Below are positions 1-13,302 of a stretch of 64,000 nucleotides of DNA, in pieces. A model generated the notes under the pieces. That model saw only the letters and a program-made list of their open reading frames with translations, was not told the origin of the DNA and made no database searches. The position numbers and the translations under genes were made by a program. Positions within the stretch are counted from its first letter, which is position 1. Every line of letters begins with the position of its first letter. Origin of the DNA: Squalus acanthias (lineage: Eukaryota); the NCBI GenBank assembly GCA_030390025.1, contig CM059425.1, positions 166,596,001 through 166,660,000 on the forward strand, given 5' to 3'.

Positions 1-382
1 TGGCAGTAGCCACGATGCTTTCATCCTGTGCCAGACTGGTGTCCCAGACCTTTTCCAGGCACCACATCACCCAAGTGGATGGCTCCTCGGGGACAAAGGT
101 TATTCACTCTGCACATGCCTGATGACACCTCTCCGTAACCCCAACACCCCTGCCGAGCTGCGGTATAATGAGAGCCATATCGCCACCAGGAACATAATTG
201 AGCAGACGATCGGCGTGCTGAAGCAACGGTTCCGCTGTCTGGACCACTCAGGAGGAGCCCTGCAGTACTCTCCTGAGCGAGTCTCCCTCTTCATAGTTAT
301 GTGCTGCATGCTTCAAAACCTGGCAATCCTCAGGACCCAGCCAATGCCACCAGTGATTGGTGCACCACCTGAGGAGGAGGAG

Positions 383-414
<32 letters not shown>

Positions 415-514
415 TGAGGAGGATGATCAGCAGCAGCACCAACATGGGAGGGAGGCGCACAATGTTGCCAATGCAAGGGCCATCCGTGAACAGCTGATAA
501 GAAGCCGCTTCTAG
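1..514 (+). pseudogene. Harbinger transposase (HARBI1-like DDE nuclease), C-terminal part
   Basis: Motifs [33 protein letters not shown] and CCMLQNL, then an acidic tail; the N-terminus lies before the window. Confidence 0.85.
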
Positions 515-1160
515 GCCCCTACTCAGAAGATGGCTTCTGGCATGGAGAACAACATGATGGAAAGCAACTCGCACCCGCTATTGTCGGCCAAAGCTGGAAT
601 GATTGCAAAGGCCAAACATGTACATTTTGAATAGAACAACTTTTTTCTTTAACAAGCTCTGGGGGAAAAATTCGGTTGGTTGGCGCCTCCCGTTAGTGCC
701 GTAAGAGGGCGCTAATGGGGCGCAAAGCAACTAGCGCCCGGGCGCGGCGATGTCTGCGCTGCTCGCGAAATTGACCAGACATTTTGCGGCGGCACTAAAC
801 AATACCGCCCCGATCTCCTGCGCACGCAGATCTTGACAAAAGTCGAGCGTGCAACGTCCCGGTGGTGCCCCGGACTGGATATTGAGTGGCGCTCCCCTCC
901 TTTCCACCTGGCGCAAGCAACAACAGAAAGACTGGAACGTTTCCCAGTCGGTGTGGGGCTGGGGGGGCGCTATTTAAAGGCGGCCTCTTCCTGGCTTTTT
1001 CTGTGGTAGACACTCGTTCTGACAGAGAGAGAGATTCTGAGAGAGAGAAGGAGAGACTTCTGCATAGAGTCAATGCTGTGTGAAGTAGTTTTGGCTACTG
1101 AGCATCACTTTGCAGGTACTTTTGGATTTTGGCCTTCATTACTTTGATTACCAAGAGACT

Positions 1161-2302
1161 TTGGGGGCTGTACTGATTCGGAGTGTCGTCCTGCGCCTGC
1201 AGATTCGGAGGCAACATAGACGCAGAGAGAGAGTGGCAATCCTGGCCAGACGGAGGAGGGCCAACAGGCCTCTGTGCAGGAGACCTTACCCTCCCAGGGT
1301 ATTTCGCCAACAATTCTCCTGCATTAATTTGTCTGAGGAGCAGTGTTTGCGCAGGCTGTGCTTCAGCAAGGAGGTAGTCACTGGGCTCTGCCACCTGCTG
1401 CAGCCAGATCTGCAGCCTCAACTGAGGACCAGGACGTCTCTGACGGTGGCAGTGAAGGTCACAGTGGCTCTGAACTTTTATGCCACCGGCTCCTTTCAAG
1501 CAGCTACTGGGGACATCGTAAATATCTCCCAGTTTGCGGTCCATTGCTGCATCCGTCAGGTCACAAATGCCCTCTGTAAAAGGAGACGCCAGTACATCTC
1601 TTTCCTGATGACCCAGGCCAAACAGCATGAACGCGCATTGGGCTTTGCGAGGATAGCGGGTTTCCCCATGGTGCAGGGCGCCATTGACTGCACGCATGTC
1701 GCATTGCGTGCACCGCATGAGAATGCAGAGGATTTCCGCAACTGAAAGGGGTACCACTCCTTAAACGTCCAGTTGGTCTGTGACCACAGACAGGTGATAC
1801 TCGCTGTCAATGCCCGCTATCCTGGCAGCAGCCACGATGCTTTCATCCTGCGCCAGACTGCTGTGCCTGAACTTTTCCAGGCACCGCATCACCCAAGTGG
1901 TTGGCTCCTCGAGGACAAGGGTTATCCACTGTGCACCTGGCTGATGACACCGCTCCGTAACCCCAACACCCCTGCTGAGCTGCGGTACAACAAGAGCCAT
2001 CTCGCCACCAGGAACATCATTGAGCACACAATCGGCGTGCTCAAGCACCGGTTCCGCTGTCTGGACCACTCAGGAGGAGCCCTGCAGTACTCGCCTGAGC
2101 GAGTCTCCCTCTTCAAAGTTGTATGCTGCATAACCTGGCAATCCTCAGGACCCAGCCAATGCCACCAGGCCTTGGAGCAGCATTGGAGGAGGAGGAGGAA
2201 GAGGAGGAGGATGATCATCAGCAGCACCAAGGCGGGTGGGAGGCCCACAATGTTGAAACTGGAAGGGCCGTCCGTCAACGGCTGATAGCAAGCCGCTTCT
2301 AG
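1161..2302 (+). pseudogene. Harbinger transposase pseudogene
   Basis: Motifs [32 protein letters not shown] and RNIIEHTIG. In-frame TGA at 1743-1745 and a small frameshifting deletion near 2130 relative to the copy at 1-514. Start codon uncertain. Confidence 0.9.
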
Positions 2303-2605
2303 GCCCCTGCTGAGGAAATGGCTTCTGCCATTGAGAACAACATGAATGAAACCAACCCGCAACCCCTAAGCCGGCCAAGGCAGCAATGATTCCAAAGACC
2401 AAACATGTACATTTTGAATACAAAAACTTATTTATTTTACAAACTCTGTGTGTGTCATTTCCTCATGACAAACTAATAGAAAGAAACACATAAAAACAGT
2501 CATTAACATAACTGGTTCTCACAACCTGGAGATAATGTCCAAAACACTAAACAAAAGTTTGAACACGAACCTCGGCCTTTAATAAAAAATTGACAAACAT
2601 TTTGT

Positions 2606-4433
2606 CACACCTCCTACTTTTTGCCTTTCGAGGGTGATATCCTTCCCTTGCACACTTCCCCCCTTCCCACCCTACTGCTCCTCCGTAATGGGGCCCCAGT
2701 GGCTGCAGCAAGGCTGGTGGAAGGCTGCTGATTGTCAGAACCTGAGACTACAGATGCCCTTGAAGGATGGCCTCAACCAGCTCTGGGCCTGGAGGGCCCG
2801 GCTGCAGACTGCACCAACTCTGCATGGGTGGCAGCAGTCTGGGCTACAGGCGGTGGCAAGTGCAATGGGGAAGTGACAATGGTGGCAGCAGGAATGCTGT
2901 CATCTTGAGAGAGGACAGCACCTCCCTGCTCGTCCGACACACTGGCACTCCCACGGAGCAGCACTTCAGCATCCGGAGCAATCTGCTGGAGCACAGATTG
3001 CTGGCCTGCTGCGGCGCGGTGAAAGCCCCGGGAAAATGTGTCCGAACCAGCGAGAATGGCAGCAGTCAGTGCTTGCGTGGACTCAATCGGAGTCTGCATG
3101 AGAGCGGTCTGAGATGGGTTCATGGCAGCCAGTGACTGAATTGCAGCACTAAGCTTTAGCGTGGCATCCGCCTATGCTACAGCGAAGTGCTCGACACTCC
3201 TTGCCAGTGATTCAATGCATTCGGGCACCCTTCCCACTGCACCCATGAGCTCAGTGTGCATGTCTACCACCTGGGTGTTCATTTCAGCGATGAGCCGCTC
3301 CTCCTCTGCGTCCAGTGCAGCAGGACTCGCTGGCCTACTCTCCCTCCGGGGAGAAGGCCCCCGAGCTTCCCTACCCCCATCGCGTTGCTGCAGCCTGCTG
3401 GGTCCTGGAGCTTCACCCTCATCAGACCCTTCCCCCCTGCTCCCCTCCAGGGAAGGCGTGTTCCCAGTGTGGGCATGGGCTTCCTCGGGAGAGGGTGCCG
3501 CTGATGCTCCGGCTTCATCTTCCTCCTCGCCTGCAGCTTCACTCTCACTGGCATCTTGAGGGCCCGTCTCCTCAGCTGGTGAATCACCATCTGAAAGCAG
3601 GGAGGTACAAGAGTGGCTTTAGCGTCAGCACAGGGGGGCAGTAAGGAAGGAATGAATGCAGCGATTTAGTAAGTTGGATTGAAAGTGTCAAAGGCTGGTG
3701 TTGTGAGGGACAAGTGGAAGGAGAGAGGACAAAAAGGTGATGACCTTACCATTGCTGTCCAGAATGGGGTCGGCCTCTCCAGGGGTGACGGGACCGATCA
3801 CCTGGCTTGCCACAATCCTGTGGACGCGCGCCTCAAGATCGCTGAGGGGTTGGAGCTGAGGCCGCCCTGCACCCGTCCGTTGCTGCTGTCTCCTATTATG
3901 AGATAGCTTGGCCTGCAAGAAAAAGGACGGCGTCTGAGTAAATATACAGCCATGGTCTTGCCTGATGTGCCTCCCATAATTGAATAGTCCTTACTGTATG
4001 CAGCCATGGTCTTGCCTGATGTGCCTCCCATAGTCGAATAGCCCTTACTGTATGCAAAGTGTGGAATGTGCATGTGTGTTTCATGAGAGGGCCATAGGTG
4101 TTGGATGAGTGTTGGGCATTGGGGTTTTAAGACCCTCTGGCCATAGAGTGAGGTTGAGATGGAGGGATGGAGAGGTATTGAAAAAAAGCCACTCACCCTG
4201 ATGACCCGAGTGAGGTCGTTGAACTTTTTGCGACATTGTATATGGGTCCTGGGCACCATGCTCCTGGAGGAGACGCACTGAGCCACCTCCCTCCACACTC
4301 GTCTGTACTCGCGCTGCAAAGGCCTCCTGCCACTCTCAGGGAAGAGTATAGATCTTCTGCGCTCCACCGCGCCAACCAGAGCCTCCAAGGCCCACTCACT
4401 GAAGCGCTGAGCTTGTTCTCTCACCCTTTCCAT
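2606..4433 (-). pseudogene. Harbinger Myb/SANT-like DNA-binding protein gene, 3 exons (4433-4197, 3912-3750, 3590-~2606)
   Basis: Exon 1 reads RFSEWALEAL..VWREVA..RTHIQCRKKFNDL, a trihelix/Myb-SANT pattern. GT-AG splice sites at 4196, 3913, 3749 and 3591. Exon 3 is acidic/low-complexity with lesions; its 3' end is approximate. Confidence 0.85.
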
Positions 4434-4950
4434 AGTCCTTGGCTGGAAAATGTAGTCACAGGTCTCTCCAGGCCGAGATTCAAGGCTCCAATGAGCAGGG
4501 TGTGGCTGGAGAGCAAGATCGACCCGGCCCTTTAAGAACTGTCCAGAGCCAGTGTGTCTGTGTTCCATCGCTAACTGACATCACCTGAGCTGCACCCGCG
4601 CTCTGAGTTAGCGACTTGCTCCTCGGCCTTTGCGCCTTAAGACAGGTGTGCGGCGCCTGATTTAGCACTCCAATCACCTCCAGGGGCGATAAAAGCCAAG
4701 TTTGCAGTCGGAGGCGATAATTAGCGCCAGGCGCTAAACTTTGCGCCCAGCTGATAATCGCGCCCCAAACGGAGCGATACTGAATTTCTCCCCCTCTGTG
4801 TGTGTCATTTATTTAGGACAAACAATTAGAAACAAACACAACAAATCATGAACTAACAGAACTGGTTCTCACAAGATGGAGATAAACGGCAAAACAGTAA
4901 ACAAATGTAATCACACGAACCTCGACCTTTACTACAAACATTCCCACCAT

Positions 4951-7900
4951 TTATTTAGACCTCCGACTGTTTGCCCTTCGAGGGTGATCTCCATCCCCTG
5001 CGCACTTTCCCCTTCCCACCCTACTGCTCCTCCGTAATGGGGCCCCAGTGGCTGCAGCAAGGCTGGTGGAAGGCTGCTGAATGTCAGATGCAGAGATTAC
5101 AGATGCCCTTGAAGGACGCCCTCGACCAGCTCTGGGCCTGGAGGGCCCGGCTGCAGACTGCACCAACTCTGCATGGGTGGCAGCAGTCTGGGCTGGCTGT
5201 GTTGCAGGCCGTGGCAAGTGCAATAGGGAAGTGGCAGTGGTGGGAGCAGGAATGCTGTCATCCTGAGAGAGGACAGCACCTTCCTGCTCGACCGACACAC
5301 TGACACTCCCATGGGGCAGTACCTCAGCATCCGGAGCAATCTGCTTGAGCACAGATTGCTGGCCTGCTGCAGCACTGTGAGAACCCCAGGACAATGTGGC
5401 CGACCCAGCGAGGATGGCAGCAGTCAGTGCTTGCGTGACATCCATCTGAGACTGCATGAGAGCAGTCTGAGACTGGATGGCACCAGCCAATGACTGAATT
5501 GCAGCACTAAGCCATTGCGTTGCGTCTGCCTGTGCTGCAGCAGAATGCTCCACACTCCTTGCCAGTCCATCCATGCTTTAGGGCACCCTTGCCATTGCAC
5601 CCATGAGCTCAGTGTGCATGCTCAAGGCCTGGCTATTCATGGCCGTAATGACGCAGTCCTCCTCTGAGTCCAGTGCAGCAGGACTCGCTTGCCTACTCGC
5701 CCTCCGGGGAGATGGACCCTGAGCTTCCCTACCCCCATGGTGTTGCTGCAGCCCGCTGGGTCCTGGAGCTTCACCCTCATCAGACCCTACCCCCCTGCTC
5801 CCCTCTAGGGAAGGCGTGGTCCCAGTGTTGGCATGGGCTCCCTCAGGAGACGCAGGCGGTGAGGCTCCGGCTTCCTCTTCCTCCTCGCCTGGGGCATCAC
5901 TGCCACTGGTAGGTTGAGGGACAGGCTGGTCAGCTGGTTGTTCACTATCTGAAAGCAGGGAGGTACAAGAGTGGCTTTGAAAGGGATTATTACTAGTCCT
6001 AGCCCCTGTAGGGCTACCCCAGATCAGGCGTATTCCCTAGATGTTCACCTTCAACTAAAGTTAGAGGTAGCCGGATCCTAAAGACGCTTAATTGGGTCTA
6101 AAGGTCCAAACTATCTCTCCCTAAAGGAAAGGAATGACCTGAAGATGTTACCGTCCTCCAGATAGCACTTTTAATAAGTTTAGCTAGACTGTAACCTTCT
6201 GGATATTATGAGGGTCCGGAAAACTCCCTCAGAATTCTGCAACTCCTCACCACAGAGTGTACAGAGATTGAGTTTGCGAGTTTGATACAGAAGTACTATT
6301 TGAGACAATTCTAAAAATATATAGATTTATTAAAGAACCGACATGTAGTTTACAGCTGGTGATTCAATCGCAACTTTAACAATTCCAAATACAAAAAGCT
6401 TACAATTCTTATCACCAGAGATCCTTATTCTCAAATCTTAACTTCGTTACATTTCTTACTTAGTCTTATTCCAGAATATCCACCAAAATCAAATACCTTG
6501 ATACCCGAGTCTTAAAGAGTTGAAAACTTACAGAGATTGCCTCTGAAGTCTGAGAACCGCTTTGCCCCTTCCAGCGAATTCTGTCTTCCTATTTGAAAGG
6601 CCAATCTTTTATACTCTTTCTCAGTGGTATATCCTTTGAAGTTTTCTGCTGATGTAAGCTAATTATCTCTAGTCATTTTTCTGTTGACCCTTGCTATTCT
6701 TACAGTCAGTTCAGCTGCTAGCATTCAGAATTATGTCTGCTGTGTAGATGTTCAAAACTTATCATAAAAAATGGTTGTAACAGATGTATCTATTTGATGC
6801 CATTCTTAGCAAGGTCTTCTATTCAATTCTTAAGTCACCTTAGCTGGTTGTATTACAGACTTCGTGTTTCCTAGGTGTTCCAAGTTCAACACAAAAACAA
6901 TGTGATGGCTGTTGCATCTATTGATGTCATATTTACAAAAGTCTTCTGTTTGTATCTTTTTACAACATGTAAATTAAAAACACCTCAACCGGGTATCTCA
7001 TTGTCTTCTTTGCTACCTCAACTGGTTGCAACACATAATCGTGTCTCCTGTTTCATTTGATGTCTCCTGTGTTTCATTTGATGTCATATTTATGAAGGCA
7101 TATGTTTCTTTAATGTTCTGTGTTTCATTTCAAAGTGTTGGTTTAAGACTCTTTAACTAGGGTATGGTATTGTCTTTTTCCCAAGCTGCAGACTTTCGGG
7201 AACCTCCAACCTCCTGTTTCAATGAGGCTATTGTTTCAGTGTCAACAACTTATCTTATCTCAAAAGCCTGTATGGTGTTTACAGCTTTTCATTGTTGATG
7301 CTTTCAGATTTCCAAGCCCAGTTTGTCATGTTTTAAAGTCTAGAATTCTTTTATAGGATGGTGTATTTTTCTGAATATGGCTATTCCTTCACAGCTTTAG
7401 CGTCAGGACAGGGGGGGTGGGGGGCAGTAAGGGAGCAAGGACTGGAGGCATTTAGTAAGTTGGATTGAAAGTGTAAAAGGCTGGTGTTGTGAGGGGCAAG
7501 TGGAATGAGAGAGGAGAGAAAGCTGATGAACATACCATTGCTGTCCCCAAGGGGGTCGACCTCTCCAGCGGCCACGGCACCTATGACCTGGCTGGCAACA
7601 ATCCTGTGCACACGCGCCTCCAAATCGCTGAGGGTGTGTAGGTCAACCGGTCCTCCTCCCGTGCATTGCTGCTCCCGCCTGTTATGAGATAGCTTGGCCT
7701 GCAAGAAAAAGGACGGCATCTGAGTGAGTGTGCAGCCATGTGCTTGCCTGATGTGACTCTCATAGTTGAATAGCCCTTAATGTATGCAGCCATGTGCTTG
7801 CCTGATGTGCCTCCCATAGTTGAATAGCCCTTAATGTGTGCAAGGTGTGGAATGTGCGTGTGTGTTTTATGAGATGGCCATAGGTCTTGGATGAGTGTTG

Positions 7901-8200
7901 GGAATTTGGGGTTTTTAAACCCTCTGGGCACAGAGTGCAGTTGAGATGGAGGGATTGAAAAGCAGCCACTCACCCTGACCACCCAAGTGAGGTCGTTGAA
8001 CTTCTTCCGGCATTGGGTGTGGGTCCTCGGCACCAGGCTCCTCAAGGAGCCACCTCCCTCCAGACTCTTCTGTATTCGCGGGGCAATGGCCTCCTGCCAC
8101 TCTGTGGGTAGAGCACTGCCCTTCGCCGCTCCACAGCGCCAACCAGAGCCACCAAGGCCCAGTCGCTGAGGCGCTGAGCTCTTTCCCTAGGCCTCTCCAT
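4951..8200 (-). pseudogene. Myb/SANT-like gene of the outer Harbinger (exons 8200-7974, 7698-7536, 5948-4951)
   Basis: Paralogous to 2606-4433 with the same splice positions; exon 1 is frameshifted and intron 2 carries a solo LTR. Confidence 0.83.
5978..7393 (-). mobile_element. Solo LTR (~1.4 kb), family unknown
   Basis: TG...CA ends with a short inverted repeat (TGAAAGGG / CCTTCACA). TSD GCTT, confirmed against the empty site in the paralog at ~3611-3625. Minus-strand TATAAAAG (~6612) and AATAAA (~6331). Second copy at 63033-64000. Confidence 0.75.
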
Positions 8201-8739
8201 TGTTCTTTTCAGCACAATTGATGTACAGGTCTCTCCAGGCCGAGATTCAAGGCTGCAATGAGGAAGCTGTGGCTGGAGAGCAAGATCGACCCTCCCCTTT
8301 AAGAACTGGCCGGCGCCAGTGTGTCTCTGTTCCAGTGCTAACTGACATCACCTGAGGTTCGCCAGCGCTCTGAGGTAGCGCCTCGCTCCTCGGCGTTAGC
8401 GCCTTAAGATAAGTGTGTAGCGCCTGATTTAGCGCTCAAATCACCTCCAGGGGGCGATAGAGGCCAAGTTTGCAGTCGGAGGCGATAATTAGCGCCGGGC
8501 GCTAAACTTTGTGCCCAGCCGATAATAACGCCCCAAACGGGGCGATACCGAATTTCTCCCCCCAACTTTTGCCACCTCCCTTTGTATTGTATCCCTTCTG
8601 TTGTCAGGTCTGGTAATTGCATACCTTTGTAAACTTCATTCCTTTTTTTGGGCAGTTTTCAGAGAGTCTGTTTCTTTCTATTTGGTATTGCAACTACTAT
8701 TGCCCACCTGCATTTTTGGGTGAAGTTTTTGTCTCTCAA

Positions 8740-9740
8740 AATCATAGTGCAGGGTGGGGAGGCGGGGGGAGGGAGGGGTGGCGGCAGGTTAGGGATGGAG
8801 TGGAAATTCCACACACGACTCATATCTCACAATCATAGCTTCACCTCACCCGTAACACTTACCACTGCTGCAAGACTCACACCCACATCTCACACCTTGC
8901 ACACACTGCCAGCTATTCAACCATGACAGGCACATCATCCAAACATATTGCATCACACTCACTGACACACTTCCCTTTCTCTTGCAGGGCAAGGTAGCGC
9001 ATAACAGGAGGCAGCAGGGGTTACCCAAAGGAGCACAGACAAACCTGCATAATCTTATCATGATGGCGGAGACCATGCTCAAGATTATTAGAGGGGCTGT
9101 CACTGAGGCCGTGGTGATCGGTAAGGCTGAAACCATTGAAGATGATGGTGTGCTCATACTTATTCCTCCTTCTCACATCCCACTTCCCCCTCATCCCATA
9201 ATCTCTTCTCACTTACAAGCTGCTGATGGTGTAAGCATGCACATCTTGCTTTCCACCCCTCTCCTCACCACAACCCTACCCTTGTGCCTTTCTCCTTTCA
9301 GATACCCAAGAACTCCAACCTGGCCAGCTAGTGCAAGAAGAGCAAGAGGAGCGTGATGAAGAAGAAGATACACCATCACTTGATCTTACACTCGCAGGCA
9401 CCATCTCAGATACTGCCACTGCACATACTTTAGAGGGTAGTATAGAGACAGCATCTGCACGTGGTGAGTCACCGGGCACGAGTGGCCTGCAGCCAAGCCA
9501 GGGGGAAAGGGAAGCACAGGTGCCAACTCCCCGGAGGGTGAGGTTGCACATGAGTTCTGCTCCACAGGACTCAGATCTGCCTACTCTGCATACTGCTGCA
9601 GCACGCACGTACCGCCTGCACTATCACCCTCACCAAGATGGCGAACAGTGCCGGCCGCACCGGAAGTGGGTGCAAGCAAGGCGTGCGCTATTTTTATTTT
9701 AAACGGCCAAAACTACCGGCGCTACCGGCTTGAATTTCGC
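8740..9740 (+). mobile_element. Degenerate Harbinger fragment (Myb-gene exon 2/3 relics)
   Basis: ttgcag|GKVAHNRRQQ resembles exon 2 of the other copies; ttcag acceptor at ~9301 is followed by an acidic exon 3-like sequence. Confidence 0.6.
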
Positions 9741-10039
9741 GGTCTCAGACTGCTAGAGGCTAAAATCATGAAAAGCTCTTAAACAATAAAAGCACTGGGA
9801 CAGATTATCCTGTTCCTGTTCCGATGCCTAGGGGAATTGGGTGCAGCGAATAGAGGAAAATCAAACTAAAGGGGGACTGTAAGAGAGCCCCCTGACTTGC
9901 CATATAATAATGTAAATGGACGGAAAATAGGACAGGCTTCATTAGGACTTTGTCCTCCTCCCCATCCAATTTCCCTATATTCGCTGTGTCCAGGCAATCC
10001 AAAAGCTTCAGATATAGGAACAGGAAAATTTGCCCCATT

Positions 10040-10155
10040 GAGTTTATATATAACTCTGTTTCTCTCTCCACAGATGCTGCCTTACCTGCATAATATTTCC
10101 AGCATTTTTTGTTTTTATTTCAGATTTCCAGCTTCCACAGTATTTTGCTTTTATA
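10040..10155 (+). repeat. Penelope-type terminal repeat fragment
   Basis: Reverse-complement homolog of 20694-20830 (ctctctccacagatgctgcc...tttcagatttccagc...gtattttgcttt). Confidence 0.6.
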
Positions 10156-11239
10156 TATGAGGTTGATTTCCCAGCCAAATTTGATAATAGTGTACCTCCA
10201 ATCCTAAAACGCAATTCACAAAGGAACTTTATTGGCTCAGCTAGTTTGAGATCAAACAGCTCTTTATTTCAAACACTGAGAAAACAGACAGTAAAATGCA
10301 TCTACTTACCAGCACTATCAAAATAAGAGACTATTTATAAACAATTCAAAAGCTACAATGCCCACATTTAATAAAGTGATGAGGTTACAGTTAACACATT
10401 TAATTCACAGAGGCCTCAGACAAATACTTCACACAAAAACCTTCAAATAGTTGGGGGGGTAACTAGTGGACGAAGGCTAACATGTTTCCCTGAAATTCCT
10501 CTCTGGCATTAATCTATCTAAAATAAATAGGTAACACCTCTGTTAAAACAGTCAGGAGAGGAATTTCAGATGAACGTGTTAGTATTCATCACTAGTATCG
10601 CTGGCTGCAGTTTCAGGGCCAAAATGTTCTTAATCAATCCAACAGTGATGAAAGCTATTTGTATTGTAGTTGGCAACATTAATGAGCTATCCACAAACTA
10701 ATTTGTACAGAGATCAAAGAGAATTTATTGAAGACATCCTAGAGATGAAGCTGTTTTGTAAAACATTTGTTTAGTCATTGCTGTTGATGCACTATGCAGC
10801 GGTTAACTGTGGGTGACTAACATATTTTGGAAGAATTCTTGCCTATCAGCTAACCCCTAACATTCTGGTTTTTAGCAGCATGTACAAATCATGCGATCGT
10901 GCCCTGGAACAGTTTGGCTGGAGGTGTACCATGTTATGAGATAAGTGTGTGCCTTTGTAGTACTGCAGACCTGCTCACAAAGGCCTTTGCTTTGTCTCGC
11001 GAACTCAGCCATTTCTTAATGTGACTGAATTGGCTGGACAATTGATGTGGGGACCTTGAGAGGGGGCAGAGTAGAACTGGCACTTTTTAGGTGAACATCT
11101 TTGCAAAAACTTCAGCACTTATACGCTGGATTCTGCCTTACCAGTTGGTAAGGTCCATTACCATTCTGGATGGTGATAAGGCTGTAAAGCTTTTTTTTGG
11201 ATCTGTTGGTTTTGGGGCCACTTATCTCTGTCTAGCAAG

Positions 11240-11523
11240 GTCCCACAATAAGATATATGACCAGATAATCTGTTTTAGTGATGTTGGTTGAGAGATAAAT
11301 ATTGTCCAGGACACTAGGAGAACTACTGTGCTATGAATAGTGCCATGGGATCTTTTACGTTAACGTTTCATCTGAAAGACGGCATCTCCGACAGAGCAGC
11401 ACTCTCTCAGTATTGCACTGAAGTGTCAGCCTGGATTATATGCTCATGTCTCTGGAGTGGGACTTGAACCCACAAGTTCTGCCTCAGAAGTGAGAGTGCT
11501 GCCCACTGAGCCAAGGCTGACAC
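11240..11523 (-). mobile_element. tRNA-derived SINE (SacSINE1/DeuSINE-like)
   Basis: Minus-strand tRNA-like head with A box (GGCTCAGTGG) and B box (GGTTCAAGTCC); homologous to 17265-17428. Confidence 0.65.
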
Positions 11524-12504
11524 TACAAGGCTGTCTTGATCAGGTAGGTTGGTGAGGACGAACGAGGTCAAGTAGGTTTCTCCCTCATATTGGTTCTCTC
11601 ACCACCAGTCACAGGCCCAGTCTGGCAGCTTGGTCAACTCAATCAACAGTGCTGCTACCGAACCTTGGTGGTGGACATTGAAGTACTTATGGACATGGGA
11701 GACTGCATTGACTCTGTTTACCACCTCCTGCCATGCAAGCTCTATTAAGAGAAACTTTCTCTGAATGTAACTGTTGGTTATTTTTACCTAAACATCAAGC
11801 ATTTTCTTGGCAACAAGCCATGATTCATTCTGAAGTTCTGTGCAGTTCTTTTGACAGCCAAGTCAAAGTTGTACAACTTCAACTGCAATACCTGACTGCC
11901 ATCTCTCGCTGAAGCTGGCACACATTTGATTCTTCCTCATGTTGTAAAATAAAATCTCAGGTTTCACATTATAGGTACCCTCTGCTTTGTATTACAGATG
12001 ATATGCAATGCTGAGACAAAAAACTTGTTGTTGAAGTTTGGTAGATGAGAAAGAAGGCTAAATATTCTGAAACAGGTTTGGGGTTCCATTGTCTCGTATC
12101 AATCTACTGCCTCTAATCTCTCTTCTGATTGATGACTCCATGCTTTACGTATTCTGTACATTGTAAAAAGTTATTTTTGATATCTCAATTTCCTCTGCAT
12201 ATCTAACATTAATGACATCATTATCCCAAGAAAAGACCAAACAGGTCATTTTTTTCAATGCTGAAACTTTACATTTTCTTAATCTCAGTTTTCTTCCCTC
12301 CTCTCTTGTTCTGGTACAGTTCAAAAATGCGGCCTAAATAATGAGCGTCGGAACATTAGCTGAGTCCAATCCTGCCTGCGCCAGATATCTCATTTCTAGC
12401 AAGAGTCTTTAGATAATGATCAAGTGCAGAAATTTGAGAATTTTCCCCTCCCCTCACCCAGGGATGCAGAGACCAATTAAATTGCTTCTGCTACTGCCTC
12501 GCCT

Positions 12505-13300
12505 CAACACCAACAACTTGTATTTATATAGCGCCTTTAACGTAGTAAAACGTTCCAAGGCGCTTCACAGGAGTATTATAAGACAAAAAGTTTGACACCG
12601 AGCCACATCAGGATAAATTAGGGCTGATGACCAAAAGCTTGGTCAAAGAGGTATGTTTTAAGGAGCTTCTTAAATGAGGAAAGAGAGGTAGAGTGGCGGA
12701 AAGGTTTAGACAGGGAATTCCAGAGCTTAGGGCCTTGGCAACTGAAGGCACAACCACCAAAGAAAGGTTGACCGATTAAAATCAGGGATGCTCAAGAGGG
12801 CAGAATTAGAGGAGCGCAGATATCTCAGGGGGTTGTGGGGCTGGAGGAGATTACAAAGATAGGGAGGGGTGAGGCCATGGAGACATTTGAAAACAAGGAT
12901 GAGAATTTTGAAATCGAGGCGTTGCTTAACCGGGAGTCAATGTAGGTCAGCAAGCACAGGGGTGATGGGTGAACGGGACTTGGATTTACATAGGGTAGAA
13001 TGTGGGAGGCCAGCCAGGGGTGCATTGGAATAAACAACTCTAGAGGTAACAAAGGCATGGATGAGGGTTTCAGCAGCAGATGAGCTGAGGCAGGGGCGGA
13101 ACCGGGCGATGTTACGGAGGTGGAAATAGGCGGTCTTAGCTATGCTGTGGATATGTGGTCGGTAGCTCATTTCAGGGTCAAATATGACACCAAGGTTGCG
13201 AACAGTGTGGTTCAGCCTCAGACAGATGTTAGGGAGAGGGATGGAGTCAGTGGCTAGGGAACGGAGTTCGTGGCGGAGACCAAAAACAATGGCTTCGGTC
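12505..13300 (-). mobile_element. L2-clade LINE 3' fragment
   Basis: KTAYFHLRNIARFRPCLS..AETLIHAFVTSR..YSNA..AGLP RT C-terminus with a (TTG)n-like tail; homologous to 41493-43535. Confidence 0.8.
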
Positions 13301-13302
13301 TC

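Larger units (their letters stand above)
661..4794 (+). mobile_element. Complete (non-functional) PIF/Harbinger transposon, 4134 bp
   Basis: TIRs GGGGGAAAAATTCGG / CTGAATTTCTCCCCC; 3-bp TSD TCT (658-660, 4795-4797); two convergent genes (transposase and Myb-like). Confidence 0.93.
1..8563 (+). mobile_element. Outer PIF/Harbinger DNA transposon (left end outside the window), interrupted by a same-family element (661-4794) and a solo LTR (5978-7393)
   Basis: HARBI1-like 3' coding end at 1-514 and a convergent Myb/SANT gene at 4951-8200. Right TIR CCGAATTTCTCCCCC at ~8548-8563 matches the TIRs of 661-4794 and 38449-39341. Confidence 0.9.

Noticed and set aside
1110..2302. Domesticated host HARBI1 gene
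   Set aside because: It lies between TIRs with a TSD, has a stop and a frameshift, and has multiple paralogs in the window, so it is a transposon copy.
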